Of a stretch of DNA of 64,000 nt, positions 50,776-62,134 are shown piece after piece. The position numbers were made by a program, and so were the translations under genes. This DNA is from Octopus vulgaris (Eukaryota): NCBI GenBank assembly GCA_951406725.2, contig OX597839.1, positions 13,888,001-13,952,000 on the forward strand. The letters run 5' to 3'. Position 1 is the stretch's first letter; every line of letters begins with the position of its first letter. Under the pieces are notes generated by a model that saw only the letters and a list, made by a program, of their open reading frames with translations, was not told where the DNA came from and did no database searches.

Positions 50776-51023
50776 ATGTAATACCAAGTGCAACTAAAAG
50801 TATCAGTGGGGAGGCGGGGCTCGTGGGGTCCGAACTGAACCCGCACCCACTCCATCTGTAATGTCTTCCGGTCTGTCCCATCACTCGATTTCTGTCCATT
50901 TATTGTAATTCATGAAAATTCTTAAACCCGATTTATTGTAAAAACCCATTCGTTTGTCTGACCCCATCATCAGAATGTATCGTCCCATCTGTGTTCGCCC
51001 CTTGTGGGTAATAATAAAACAAC

Positions 51024-52708
51024 GTGTTTGAGTTCGGTCGTGTTTTTTTACGCTCGTAAAATTCGGTAAAAAAGAACAAAAAGCGTTGTTGTTGTTGTGG
51101 AAATTCTGAACGGCGTTGACGCGGTTTCGCGTTTCGCTCGTTCGGCGCGTTACACTTTTTCTGTTTTGACGGCCGTTTTCGGTCTGTCAGACAGAAGGAA
51201 ATGGACTATGAGTCTCTAACAGACTTGTCCACGACGGATGATGAACTGGAACAGGCAATTGCAGTGAAGCTGATGGAGGAAAAGGCTGGAGTTTTCGAGT
51301 CATTATCAGAGTTGTCTACGTCTGAGAAGGAGCTAGAAATGGCAGCAAGGAAATTGGAAGAGAAGCTGAGTTATACCTATGCCGGTGTAACCAAGAAGGC
51401 GGAAGAGAAAGGGGTCGACATAGCCAAGTTGCCAAGTTACCAGAAATACATGAAAAAGGAAAGCGGTGAGGTGGAACTGGCACCGACACCCAGGAGAAAA
51501 GAATGGTATGATAAGAGGACCATTATTTACAGGGTGTTCGCAAACGAAAGGAGGAGGGTGGAAGTTGTAACCATGGAATGGATAGAGGAGGCCCTGCGAA
51601 GAACTGAGGAGGAAGTTAGTTTTCTGACTCGAGGATCCAAGTACGGAACCGTAGTTGTGCATTTCAAAACTGAGTCTGCAGCGAGGAAGATGGCGGCGAA
51701 GGCGGTGAAGTCAGAAAAGGTAACACTGTTACCTACGTATTTAAACAGGAGGATTACACGAATAAGGGTGGAGGGAGTGCCACCAAACGTGGAGGCAGAG
51801 TGGATTGTGGCGGCTGTGATCAGCGGCCACGAGGAGGAAGTAGATATTCTCCATGCCTCGGTTAAGTCCGAGGGCTGGAGAGGCGTAACAGTGGAGCTGA
51901 ACGTGCAGGCGGAGACCGAGGTACTGTTGGACCTGGCGGAAAGCATCAGACTGGGAGACGTGATCATGAGAGTGTGGGTGGAGGGCAGGGCTCCACGTTG
52001 TTACAAGTGTGGCCTGAGGGGTCACATAAGAGCCTTCTGCCCTCCCCCAGGGAAAGAAATGGATTCCGAACCACAGAAAGAGAAGCAGAAACCAGAGGAG
52101 AAGGAGACAGTAGAAGAGGAAGAAAATACACAGAAATGGAAGGAAGCTGGAAATAAGAGGAAGAGAAGAATACGTGGAAAAGAAAATAATATGGAACTCC
52201 AATCCACCCCAAAACCACCCACGCCCTCTGAGTCCCACCCTATCCATGCAGACATTGAACCCACCCGCTCCCCCCCCCCCCAACAAGAAAACAAAAGAAA
52301 AAAAAGAATACACACACACAAGAGATTGAAATCGATATCAGGCCGTACATTTGTACTATGACTGAACAGAAAGAAGTTAAAAGTCTAATGGAAGAGTATA
52401 AATGGTATGATGTTGGTGAGACTAGGTATGCTGTGATTGAAAAGAAGGACATAGGTGAGTTTATGGTGAGGTGTGAAAGGGAGAATTGGGAGGTGAAAGA
52501 TATAAGAATGAGCGATGAATTCGTGGAAAATATGGATGAGTATTTCGGAGTAAGAATGGATATGGAATTTATTCGTATTGGCAAAGAACATTCAAGTGAC
52601 TATGAAAAACAAAGGACAGGTAAGTGATGCTAACGGACGGGGCCGTTGGTATCGCTTTCATTTTATCATTTTTTCGTTTAACAATTCATTTTCATAAATT
52701 TTAATTAT
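51024..52708 (+). mobile_element. Element D copy 5: complete 5' end, poly-C frameshift, terminal tail cut off by the inversion
   Basis: ORFs 51201..52361 and 52358..52627. Starts GTGTTTGAG immediately after the B tail. Confidence 0.88.
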
Positions 52709-53624
52709 TCTTCTCTTCCTCATATTTCCAGCTTCCTTCCATTTCTGTGTATTTTCTTCCTCTTCTACTGTCTCCTTCTCCTCTGGTTTCTGCTTCTCTT
52801 TCTGTGGTTCGGAATCCATTTCTTTCCCTGGGGGAGGGCAGAAGGCTCTTATGTGACCCCTCAGGCCACACTCGTAACAACGTGGAGCCCTGCCCTCCAC
52901 CCACACTCTCATGATCACGTCTCCCAGTCTGATGCTTTCCGCCAGGTCCAACAGTACCTCGGTCTCCGCCTGCACGTTCAGCTCCACTGTTACGCCTCTC
53001 CAGCCCTCGGACTTAACCGAGGCATGGAGAATATCTACTTCCTCCTCGTGGCCGCTGATCACAGCCGCCACAATCCATTCTGCCTCCACGTTTGGTGGCA
53101 CTCCCTCCACCCTTATTCGTGTAATCCTCCTGTTTAAATACGTAGGTAACAGTGTTACCTTTTCTGACTTCACCGCCTTCGCCGCCATCTTCCTCGCTGC
53201 AGACTCAGTTTTGAAATGCACAACTACGGTTCCGTACTTGGATCCTCGAGTCAGAAAACTAACTTCCTCCTCAGTTCTTCGCAGGGCCTCCTCTATCCAT
53301 TCCATGGTTACAACTTCCACCCTCCTCCTTTCGTTTGCGAACACCCTGTAAATAATGGTCCTCTTATCATACCATTCTTTTCTCCTGGGTGTCGGTGCCA
53401 GTTCCACCTCACCGCTTTCCTTTTTCATGTATTTCTGGTAACTTGGCAACTTAGCCATGTCGACCCCTTTCTCTTCCGCCTTCTTGGTTACACCGGCATA
53501 GGTATAACTCAGCTTCTCTTCCAATTTCCTTGCTGCCATTTCTAGCTCCTTCTCAGACGTAGACAACTCTGATAATGACTCGAAAACTCCAGCCTTTTCC
53601 TCCATCAGCTTCACTGCAATTGCC
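52706..53624 (-). mobile_element. Element D copy 6 (internal fragment, inverted)
   Basis: Runs from AIAVKLMEEK to KWKEAGN; differs from copy 5 by SNPs. Confidence 0.85.
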
Positions 53625-55360
53625 CGAATGAAGACGGGACATTACAAGACGGGATACATAGTGGGGTACATAAAGTAAAAATAAAATATGAAATAAAGAT
53701 GAATTATATGTAATGAGATGGAACGGCTTACGAACCCCCAACTCGCAGTTCTGTTTAAAATACAATTTTACATTTTATACTTTTACAATTTACAATTTTA
53801 CATTTTAACATTACATATATTCCAGTTCAAAATACAATTTTACATTTTACAATTACAATGTTACAATTTTAAAATCTCAGTTCTATTGGACGTTGGTCCG
53901 TAATGTACTTTGTCAACTCCATCTGCTCCACCACATTTGGCAAATTCTCATAACATACGTAATACGTTGAATAAACCTGCTCAAACATACTTTTCAATTT
54001 ACAAAATGTTCCTTTATCTACAAGTACCGCTTTCATATCGTCATCATGCAGTTCTATGTGTAATGTAACCCTAATTAATCCCTTCCTACCTGCAAGTCTT
54101 TTCTCCGCTTATGTGTCTTTCACATATAACATGAATACTTTCAGGTATTTTCCTTCAGGTCTTTTTCCTTTTTTACATGCATCCAACTGTTCTCTCACTT
54201 TTTTTCTCCATTCTAAGTGTACCTCTGTCTTTTCGTCCTTTTCTTTGCACGTTCTCTCTTTTTCTTCTGTTGTCTTGCTTTTGGTTTTTTTCTTTTTTAG
54301 AACTTTCGGTGGTGATTCCACCCTTGTTCTCTTCCTATCTCCTGTTCTTTCCTCCTCTGCACTTGCACGTTCTTCTTCCATATCCTCATTTAGCTGCTCC
54401 TCCGTTTGTGCATCCACTGCTTTTGTTTCTTCCTGCACTTCTCCCTCCTCCACACACGTATCTTTACACTCCTTCGTTACCGCCTCCGGTGCTATGGTTT
54501 TCTTCAGCGGGCACACATCCTTCATGTGGCCTCTTAATTTACAATTATAGCAGACTGGGGGTCTTCCCTCTACCACGACTCTAAGCCGTGTCTCATCAGG
54601 AAAGACCAACTCCTCCGGGATGTTGTACAGGTCTCGCACGGTTATATGTGCCAGAACCTGCACCGCATATCCCCACCACTTAACCTCTGTTGACTTCTCC
54701 ACCTTCAACACCTCCACACTTTCCTTGCAGTTAAAAACTACTGCCGCTAATAACCTCTCCATATTAAATTCGGGCGCAATTCTACCAATTCTTATCCTCA
54801 CTGCCCTCCTTCCGCAGTAACTTGGTAGTAAAGTCCAACTTTCCGTTTTCAAAATTCTTGTTGCATTCTTTTTTGCTTCATTCTCATTTTTAAAATGTAC
54901 CACCACTGTGGCATATTTCCTTCCTCTTTTGAAAAATGTGGGTTCACCCTCAATTTCCTTCAGACACTTTTCTACTTCTTCCGTTTCTGCTACTTCAACT
55001 TTTTTCGACGCCACACACCATGTCCTGTACGTTATCATACGCTTCTCCGCGTTGCTTTCTTCCTCCTCGGGCGGTGTGACTCTCACGCAGTCACCCTCCC
55101 TCTTCAAACTGTCGAAATACTTCTCTAGAGTTTTCTGTTCGACCACCACATCTTCCATTTCCAGTTCACTGGCAACTAGGCCTCTGCCTGCTGCTCTCGC
55201 ATAAGTCTGCTCTTGCATTTTCAAAAATCTCCAAAAAAAAAAACTTTTCCACGTCCTCCAACGAACTCGAACTCACAAGCTCTTCACAATGACGCACTCG
55301 AAACAAACACACCACAATAACCAAAAAAAAAGAGGGTGGTGATATTTGCCTCGACTTCAT
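53625..55360 (-). mobile_element. Element E: ORF1-only half-LINE
   Basis: ORF1 followed by a 3' UTR ending TGTAATGTCCCGTCTTCATTCG (compare B/F2 TGTATTGTCCCATCTATGTTCG). No ORF2. The 5' boundary is approximate. Confidence 0.78.
53869..55224 (-). CDS. Element E ORF1 (about 451 codons, one internal TAA at 54109-54111)
   Basis: RGRKYATVVVHF and VVEGRPPVCYNCKLRGHMKDVC. The frame stays open for 79 codons past the TAA. Confidence 0.75.
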
Positions 55361-55462
55361 AATTGTATATATGTATACTCAGTGAAGTTTATTCACTGAG
55401 TATCAAAATAAGAAATATTGAATTTCTAAATCTCTCGTAGAGACATGTACGGTGGTGGGGCG

Positions 55463-55753
55463 ATAGAATGGTTGTATACTGTCAATCTAACAAGAACGTG
55501 ACAGTAGGGGGTACACCACCGTTGTATAGCCCTAGGAGGCATCGAACGTCGATGAAGGACAATGATCCTGAAACACGGTGTCCCTAGATGCAGTTCCGGC
55601 GGCCGGGGGTGTTTGTCTCCCCTTCGTATATGTATATAAGGACACAGGGGAAAATGTGTCGAAGCTATCAGGAGGCGTTCGATGCCTCCTAGGGCTATAC
55701 AATGGTGGTGTACCCCCTACTGTCACGTTCTTGTTAGATTGACAGTATACAAC

Positions 55754-55761
<8 letters not shown>
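55463..55761. repeat. Inverted repeat (86-bp arms) with a hammerhead-like motif in the spacer
   Basis: 55463-55548 pairs with 55676-55761. The spacer reads CGATGA-AGGA-caatga-TCCT-GAAAC-ACGGT-GTC. It abuts (TA)n. Confidence 0.88.
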
Positions 55762-55807
<46 letters not shown>

Positions 55808-56529
55808 TAGCAGAGATACCTGGCGTTGCCCGGTTACATTCAATTGAAGAATTAAACTTTTCTGTTATGTTTTCTGTAATGAACTGGAATATCTGTTTCG
55901 AATTTCATCAAAATTGCAGATGAGTGTTATTTCCCTCTTTACACACCCAAACAAAATTGTAATCATGCCACATGTATCTCATACTACTGATTTTTATGCG
56001 CATATTCCAAAATTCCAGTCTTATTGAACCTGTTAAAAAGATTTTGCTCCTGAAAAATGAAGGCCATGGAGCTCTAAAATGTGAGAGTTAAGGCCCCTAT
56101 TGGAGGTGGGCATCTTAATGTCAACCAGAGAAGTTGAATTGTTGAGAATCTTTTTAACTTGGGTCTTTTATCTATTGTTTGAATTTCTTTGTAATAGGAA
56201 ATATATGTTCCCTGGGTTTGTAAAAGAAAGCAAAGCTACAGGAAACCAAAAGACGAATGATCACAATGAGCAGTCAGCTACCCTACCCTAGTTGTTACCA
56301 CTCCCAATGTAGGATTCTTCACCATCCAGGTGACAGGCACGGCCGTAAGATGCATTACGAATCTATAGCAATTGGAAGGGCGACACCCAACTGAAATCAA
56401 TATTAACAACTGAGTGACGTGAGGGCTAAGGAGAAATATATTAGTACAGGACGTCAAAAAAACGTGAGCAACCTGAGAAACGAGAAGATGGAGAAATAAA
56501 AATGTATTCTCATCTGCACTAGTTTGTTT

Positions 56530-56880
56530 GCATCTTTCATTTTATCTCTCCTTCCTTCTTTCTTTGTTTCTTTCATTTTATCTCTCCTTCCCTTCCTTAC
56601 TCAACTCTCTTCCTCCCCTTCTTTCATTTTATCTCTCCTTTCTTTCTTTCTTTCAGTTTATCTCTCCTTCCTTCCTCCTATCTCTCCTTCTTTCTTTCCT
56701 TCCTCCCCCTCTTTCATTTAATCTCTCCTTCTTTCTTTCTCTTCCTTTCTCAACTCCCTCCCTTTCTTTAATTCTATCTCTCCTTTCTTTCTTTCATTTT
56801 ATCTCTCCTTCCTTCTTTGTTTCATTATTTTTTTCCTTCCTTCCTCTTTCTTTATTTATTTATTCATTTATTATACATTC
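56530..56880. repeat. Pyrimidine-rich degenerate minisatellite (TCTTTCATTTTATCTCTCCTT units)
   Basis: Seen directly. Confidence 0.85.
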
Positions 56881-57177
56881 ATTCACTATTTCATGCTGAG
56901 TTCAAAATTTATCTTACTTTCCGCCTGTCAAACATATTTCCGTAACTAATTTTACTTTCGCTATTTTAGTGTTTATTTATTTAATTAATTAATTTAACGT
57001 CCGCTAAGCGTCGGATTCGTTTTAATTTCATTCCTATGTTGACAGAAAAGTAAATCATTTTGCGTGCGAGTACGCATGCGCGTGTATTCCAAGCGTAGCT
57101 ACGTATGTATGAATGCAAATGTTGGGTTGTCAGATAAATCCGTTCGTTTTCTCCCCCTCCTCATTGATCTTAATCTG

Positions 57178-57514
57178 TTCCAGTGCGTAACTGGTACTTA
57201 TTTAATCGACCCCAAAAGGATGAAAGGCAAAGCCGACCTCGGCGGAATTTGAACTCAGAACGTAACGGCAGATGAAATACCTATTTCTTTACTACCCACC
57301 AGGGGCTAAACACAGAGAGGACAAACAAGGACAGACAGACGGATTAAGTCGATTATATCAACCCCAGTGCGTAACTGGTACTTAATTTATCGACCCCGAA
57401 AGGATGAAAGGCAAAGTCGATCTCGGCGGAATTCGAACTCAAAACGTAGCGGCAGACGAAATACTGCTAAGCATTTCGCCCGGCGTGCTAACGTTTCTGC
57501 CAGCTTGCCGCCTT
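57178..57514 (-). mobile_element. SINE S2 dimer with the same internal junction as 21582-22000
   Basis: Minus strand GGGTAGTAAAGAAATAG|GTATTTCATCTGCC. Confidence 0.83.
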
Positions 57515-57519
57515 AAGAA

Positions 57520-57950
57520 TAAAACAATACCTGCTGTCATAGGGGCTGATTGCTACCAATCTTAGATACCAGAAAATCCAAAATGAAAGAAATTCAAAAA
57601 ATGATGCCCATGATAAATGCTCATATCCTTCGAGAATATTGTCTGTCATTCCCAGAACATTTTAACCTGTAAACATTATCAGAAGTACTTTTAAATGTAC
57701 ATAATTACAAACATTTTTTACTGTCATCTTAAGATCACACTAATCATCTTATAATGAAATTACTTTTAAAATGACCTTCTAGTTTTTCTTATGGTCTGAG
57801 TGGCATTTTTTCGAACAATACTCTGCAAGATCAAAAATATGGCACCATAGTTATAACATCAACTTGAACTTCTAACTTGTTGTCTCTTGAGGTCTCTGGG
57901 TGAGACTTGGAGTCGACTTGTTCAAATACAAAGCAAAAGCCAAACATTTA
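57520..57950 (+). mobile_element. Degenerate R4/Dong-like LINE 3' end
   Basis: KTIPAVIGA...EIQK...AHILR remnants, then a 3' UTR running into (TAA)n. Confidence 0.5.
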
Positions 57951-58052
57951 ATAATAATAATACTAATAATGATAATAATAATTGTTTCTAATAAGCACAA
58001 AGCAAGCAACTTTAGCAGGCATTTTATCTTAACAATCCCGGAGGAATTAACG

Positions 58053-58100
<48 letters not shown>

Positions 58101-58219
58101 CCTTATCAGACAGGTAGTCATGATGGGTATACTGGGCTTCGTATATTTTACCTCAGTGTCACTTTGATGGCGTGCACTGCTCTCTCACTCAATAATAATA
58201 ATAATAATAATAATAATAA

Positions 58220-58432
58220 TCCTTTCTATTATAGGCAGAAGGCCTGAAATTTTGGGGGAAGGAATTAAGTCGATTACATCGACCCCAGTACTCAACTGGT
58301 ACTCAATTTATCGACTCCAAAAGGATGAAATGCAAAGTTGACGTTGGCGGAATTTGAACTCAGAACGTAAAGACAGACCAAATACCGCTAAGCATTGCGC
58401 CCGGCGTGCTAACGATTCTGCCAGCTCACCGC
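58220..58432 (-). mobile_element. SINE S2, (ATT)n-tail variant, inside (TAA)n
   Basis: S2 body flanked by AAT repeats. Confidence 0.8.
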
Positions 58433-58434
58433 TC

Positions 58435-58530
<96 letters not shown>

Positions 58531-58532
<2 letters not shown>

Positions 58533-58900
58533 TAAAGACCTGCTCATTGAAATTGAGAAAATGTGGCATCTCAAGGCGGTTAAAATACCAGTGATTGTAG
58601 GAGCACTTGGAATGATCAAGAAGGGAACCGAAAATTATATGAGAATGATCCCTGGCTTACCATCCCTGCAAGAAGTGCAAAAGATTGTCTTAACTGGTAC
58701 ATCACACGTATTGAGAAGAGCATTGTCGATGTGAGGACTATTATTACCCATGTATTTTAATTTAACTTTAAAAATAAAATGAACGAACTAGTGAGTTTAG
58801 TTTAATAGCCTACCAATGTATACTATGAGTTTCTTTGCCCTAGGAGTCGGGAAGACACTCGGCAAGAAATGGAAGCAAATTTGAAAGAAGAAAAAAAAAG
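58531..58900 (+). mobile_element. R4/Dong-clade (RLE) LINE 3' end inserted in (TAA)n
   Basis: 58531-58734 translates YKDLLIEIEKMWHLKAVKIPVIVGALGMI...EVQKIVLTGTSHVLRRALSM*. TAA repeats lie on both sides. Confidence 0.85.
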
Positions 58901-60003
58901 ATAACAATAATAATAATAATAATGATGATGATGATGATAATAATAATGATAATAATAATAATAGTTTATTTAATATTTATTTGAAAATAATTTCTTTGAC
59001 TAGACTGACACAGCCAACTGATGTCAACTTAAGCACAACGATTAAACAGTACTTCATGAAGATGATTTCTCCGGGACTTTACTTTTGTGTTACACTCTCT
59101 AGTAGTAGTAGTAGTAGTAGTAGTTGTTGTTGTTGTTGTTATTGCTTTACCGATTTCTTACGTGGAAATTAAAATGAAAAACACAAACTCAAAAGTGTCT
59201 CCTCATCAGAGAGCCACGATGGTACAATACATCGAAGAAAATATAACAAAAATATTATATCCCACTTCTGACAGATAATTTTTAAATGGCGGTGCCCCAG
59301 CATGGCCACAGCTCGTGAGCTGAAACTAGAATCAATCAATCAATCCAGACGTGTGTGTGTGTCGGATGGAAAACATATGGAAAGGGATATTTTCATGGAA
59401 TCCTCCATCCTCCGTTTGTAAAGAGTAAATACAACTGACATTTCAAGATGTTTTTTTTTTTAAATAACATTTTTTTTATTTTTGTATTTTTTATTTTTCA
59501 GAAATATACGATGTTGGAATCAAAATTAATATGTAGGGAAGTTCTTGTGAAAAATCCGTAAAATCTCTCTGATATATTCGATTCTCATCTGAAATATTAT
59601 AAATCATATCAATTTCATAAGAACTTTACAGCTCTTTTCCCTTCCAGTTTTGTCTTCATCCAGTATCACTTTTGTGAGTTTCATTATCATTGATGTCTAC
59701 TAAAGAGAACATAAACGGATATCTATTGATTACTTTTCGATATTATAGATTCTGCTTAACAAACGCTTTCGCTTATAACTTACCAGACCGTCGAATATAT
59801 TTGAAAGATATAAATTTCCAACCGTTGTAAGACTTTACTCCAATGACTAATATGGCGACACGATTTTACATTTCCGTCTTATAAGCAGATTAACCTTTCA
59901 CTTTGCTTGCTTCATATCTTCGTTTTAATTCCATTTACGCGTATACTGTCTCGTTTTTCTCTAGCATTCACGTTCGTTCTCTATCATTCTCTCTCGTTCA
60001 CTC

Positions 60004-60035
<32 letters not shown>

Positions 60036-60422
60036 ATTCTTAATCTATTTATCTACCTTTCTCGTTAATGCTAAGATGTAATCGTACAAAACATCGCACA
60101 ATCGATCTGATTTAGGATTCTTTTAGAGTTCTTCCAACTCGGTTCTAAACTAACACACTTTTAGAAAATTAACAACTTTCTTCGTTGGCAATAAATAAAT
60201 AAATATTGCCTCTCCCTACCTTTTTTTTGTTTTTGTTTTTACAAACCCCTATGCGAAACAAATCGGCAATAATTCTCAACAATGCATTTCATTACCCCCA
60301 AAAAACCAGAAACATTTAATGTCCCAATTCTCAGAATTATCATCAAATAGCAGCACAACCCAGAGTCACCTACTTTCACTTGTTTCAAAATGTGGGATAC
60401 TTCGAGAATCATACATAGGTAC

Positions 60423-60471
<49 letters not shown>

Positions 60472-61585
60472 AAATAAGAAAATGGATATATATATATATA
60501 TATCGAAAATATTCTTTTCACCACTATTTTGAGATTTTGGCTATATGATGTAGCCAGTCGGAGTATCTAGTACCCGTTTGTATCCTGGCTCGAGCATTCC
60601 GTAACAATAATCCATCGTTCTCGGGTACTTGATAACTCGATATCGAATATCCCATGGTATTATGCGTAAATACGTACGTTTCCAAAGTAGATTCCGGGAA
60701 ACTTCAGGATGCCATAAAAAAAATTCTGGGATTCGTACTGTAGAGTGTCATAAATAAAGTTTTGGTCCAGCGATAGAACGTCTGTTATGTTTACAAACGA
60801 TGTGGGTTCAAGACCCACAGGCAGCGTTGGTCAATTTTCTATCCAAGATATTTTTTTAACTCAATATTTACATGCAATTATTTATAGCTGTAACCACTTA
60901 GTGTTACACTCAGAGTTCTACAGTTAAAAACGAATTATTTCACGTTCTCTCGAAGTTTCTAAATTTATATGACGTTCCATTTAAAATTGTTTTAATGTTT
61001 TTTTTTTTTAATTTTGGACAACAGTACAGGGGTCCCATTAAATATAATTAGTTCACACTGTAGTTCATGCAATGACCAGACAATTCAAAACCTTAAATGT
61101 TCACAATATTCGGGGTTAGGGGATTAAAGTGTTAAAGTTCTCCATCACTGTGTTCTACTGTATCGATTCTATCAATGCTACTAAAGTTGGGAGTGTCCAG
61201 TGCTCCCCACTTCGAGTCATTGACAGCATTCCGTGGTCTCAGGTTCGATTCTTGGCCAAGTTTAAAGAAGAACTGCGCAGTATTCGCTGGATATATTTGG
61301 ACAGAAGGTGATGGACGGCAAGTATTTGAAATCTAAAGATCCATTCTAATATTGGCGGCAGGAATAACCCTTAGATGGATACTTCTGAATTCGTCCTTGG
61401 TAGAACATTATATATTATATATATGTACGTTTGGTTGAGGTGTAAAAGTGCTTCTGTTTATGGGCGTGTGTATGTGTGTGTGTGTGTTCATAAGAGTCAA
61501 TACGATTCTGTGTGTACGTGTAAAGTGTACGGTGTATGCCAATATGTTTGTAATATTATGTGAATGCGTTTGTTTTTCAACGTGT

Positions 61586-61643
<58 letters not shown>

Positions 61644-61732
61644 CAATATGTTTAATGTGAGTGCAAATGTGGCTATATGAAAGTGTGTAAATGTATATTT
61701 GTATGCAGGCGACGCACAGGTACAGACATACG

Positions 61733-61773
<41 letters not shown>

Positions 61774-61861
61774 GATATAGGATAAAATTTTTTCGGGAAA
61801 AAATTTTATCAATGGCCAGCATATCAAAAAATGCCTTTAAAGGTAAAATTTATACATAATT

Positions 61862-61914
61862 TACAAGATAAGGGCAGAAGAAAATTAGAATTTTTCTTCT
61901 GCCCTTATCTTGTA
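61862..61914. repeat. Hairpin adjoining (TA)n
   Basis: TACAAGATAAGGGCAGAAGAAAA...TTTTCTTCTGCCCTTATCTTGTA. Confidence 0.85.
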
Positions 61915-62100
61915 TATATATATATATATATATATTAATTTAGAGATAGTAGGCCCCTTCATCTCACCTTATAAACAAGAATCAGCTCTCATGACATAAA
62001 GTTTCGCGGATAGTAGTACGTCCATCTCATCAAAGTTCAAAGTTCCAACGCTTGATGAGATGGACGAGTTCTATGCCCCATCTGGGGTTGATTTAAATGT

Positions 62101-62129
<29 letters not shown>

Positions 62130-62134
<5 letters not shown>

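Larger units (their letters stand above)
45826..51023 (+). mobile_element. Element B: near-intact Tx1/L1-clade LINE
   Basis: 5' UTR, intact ORF1, ORF2 with one frameshift, and tail TCGCCCCTTGTGGGTAATAATAAAACAAC. Confidence 0.93.

Noticed and set aside
45011-51023. LTR retrotransposon reading (800-bp direct repeats around gag-like and RT ORFs)
   Set aside because: The repeats are the ORF2 C-terminus plus 3' UTR. There is no TG..CA, PBS, protease or integrase, and an APE endonuclease is present.
59350-61400. Possible host exons in repeat-poor sequence (also 24000-26300 and 13400-14150)
   Set aside because: No recognisable protein motif or convincing splice-bounded ORF by eye. RNA-seq or a homology search would be needed.
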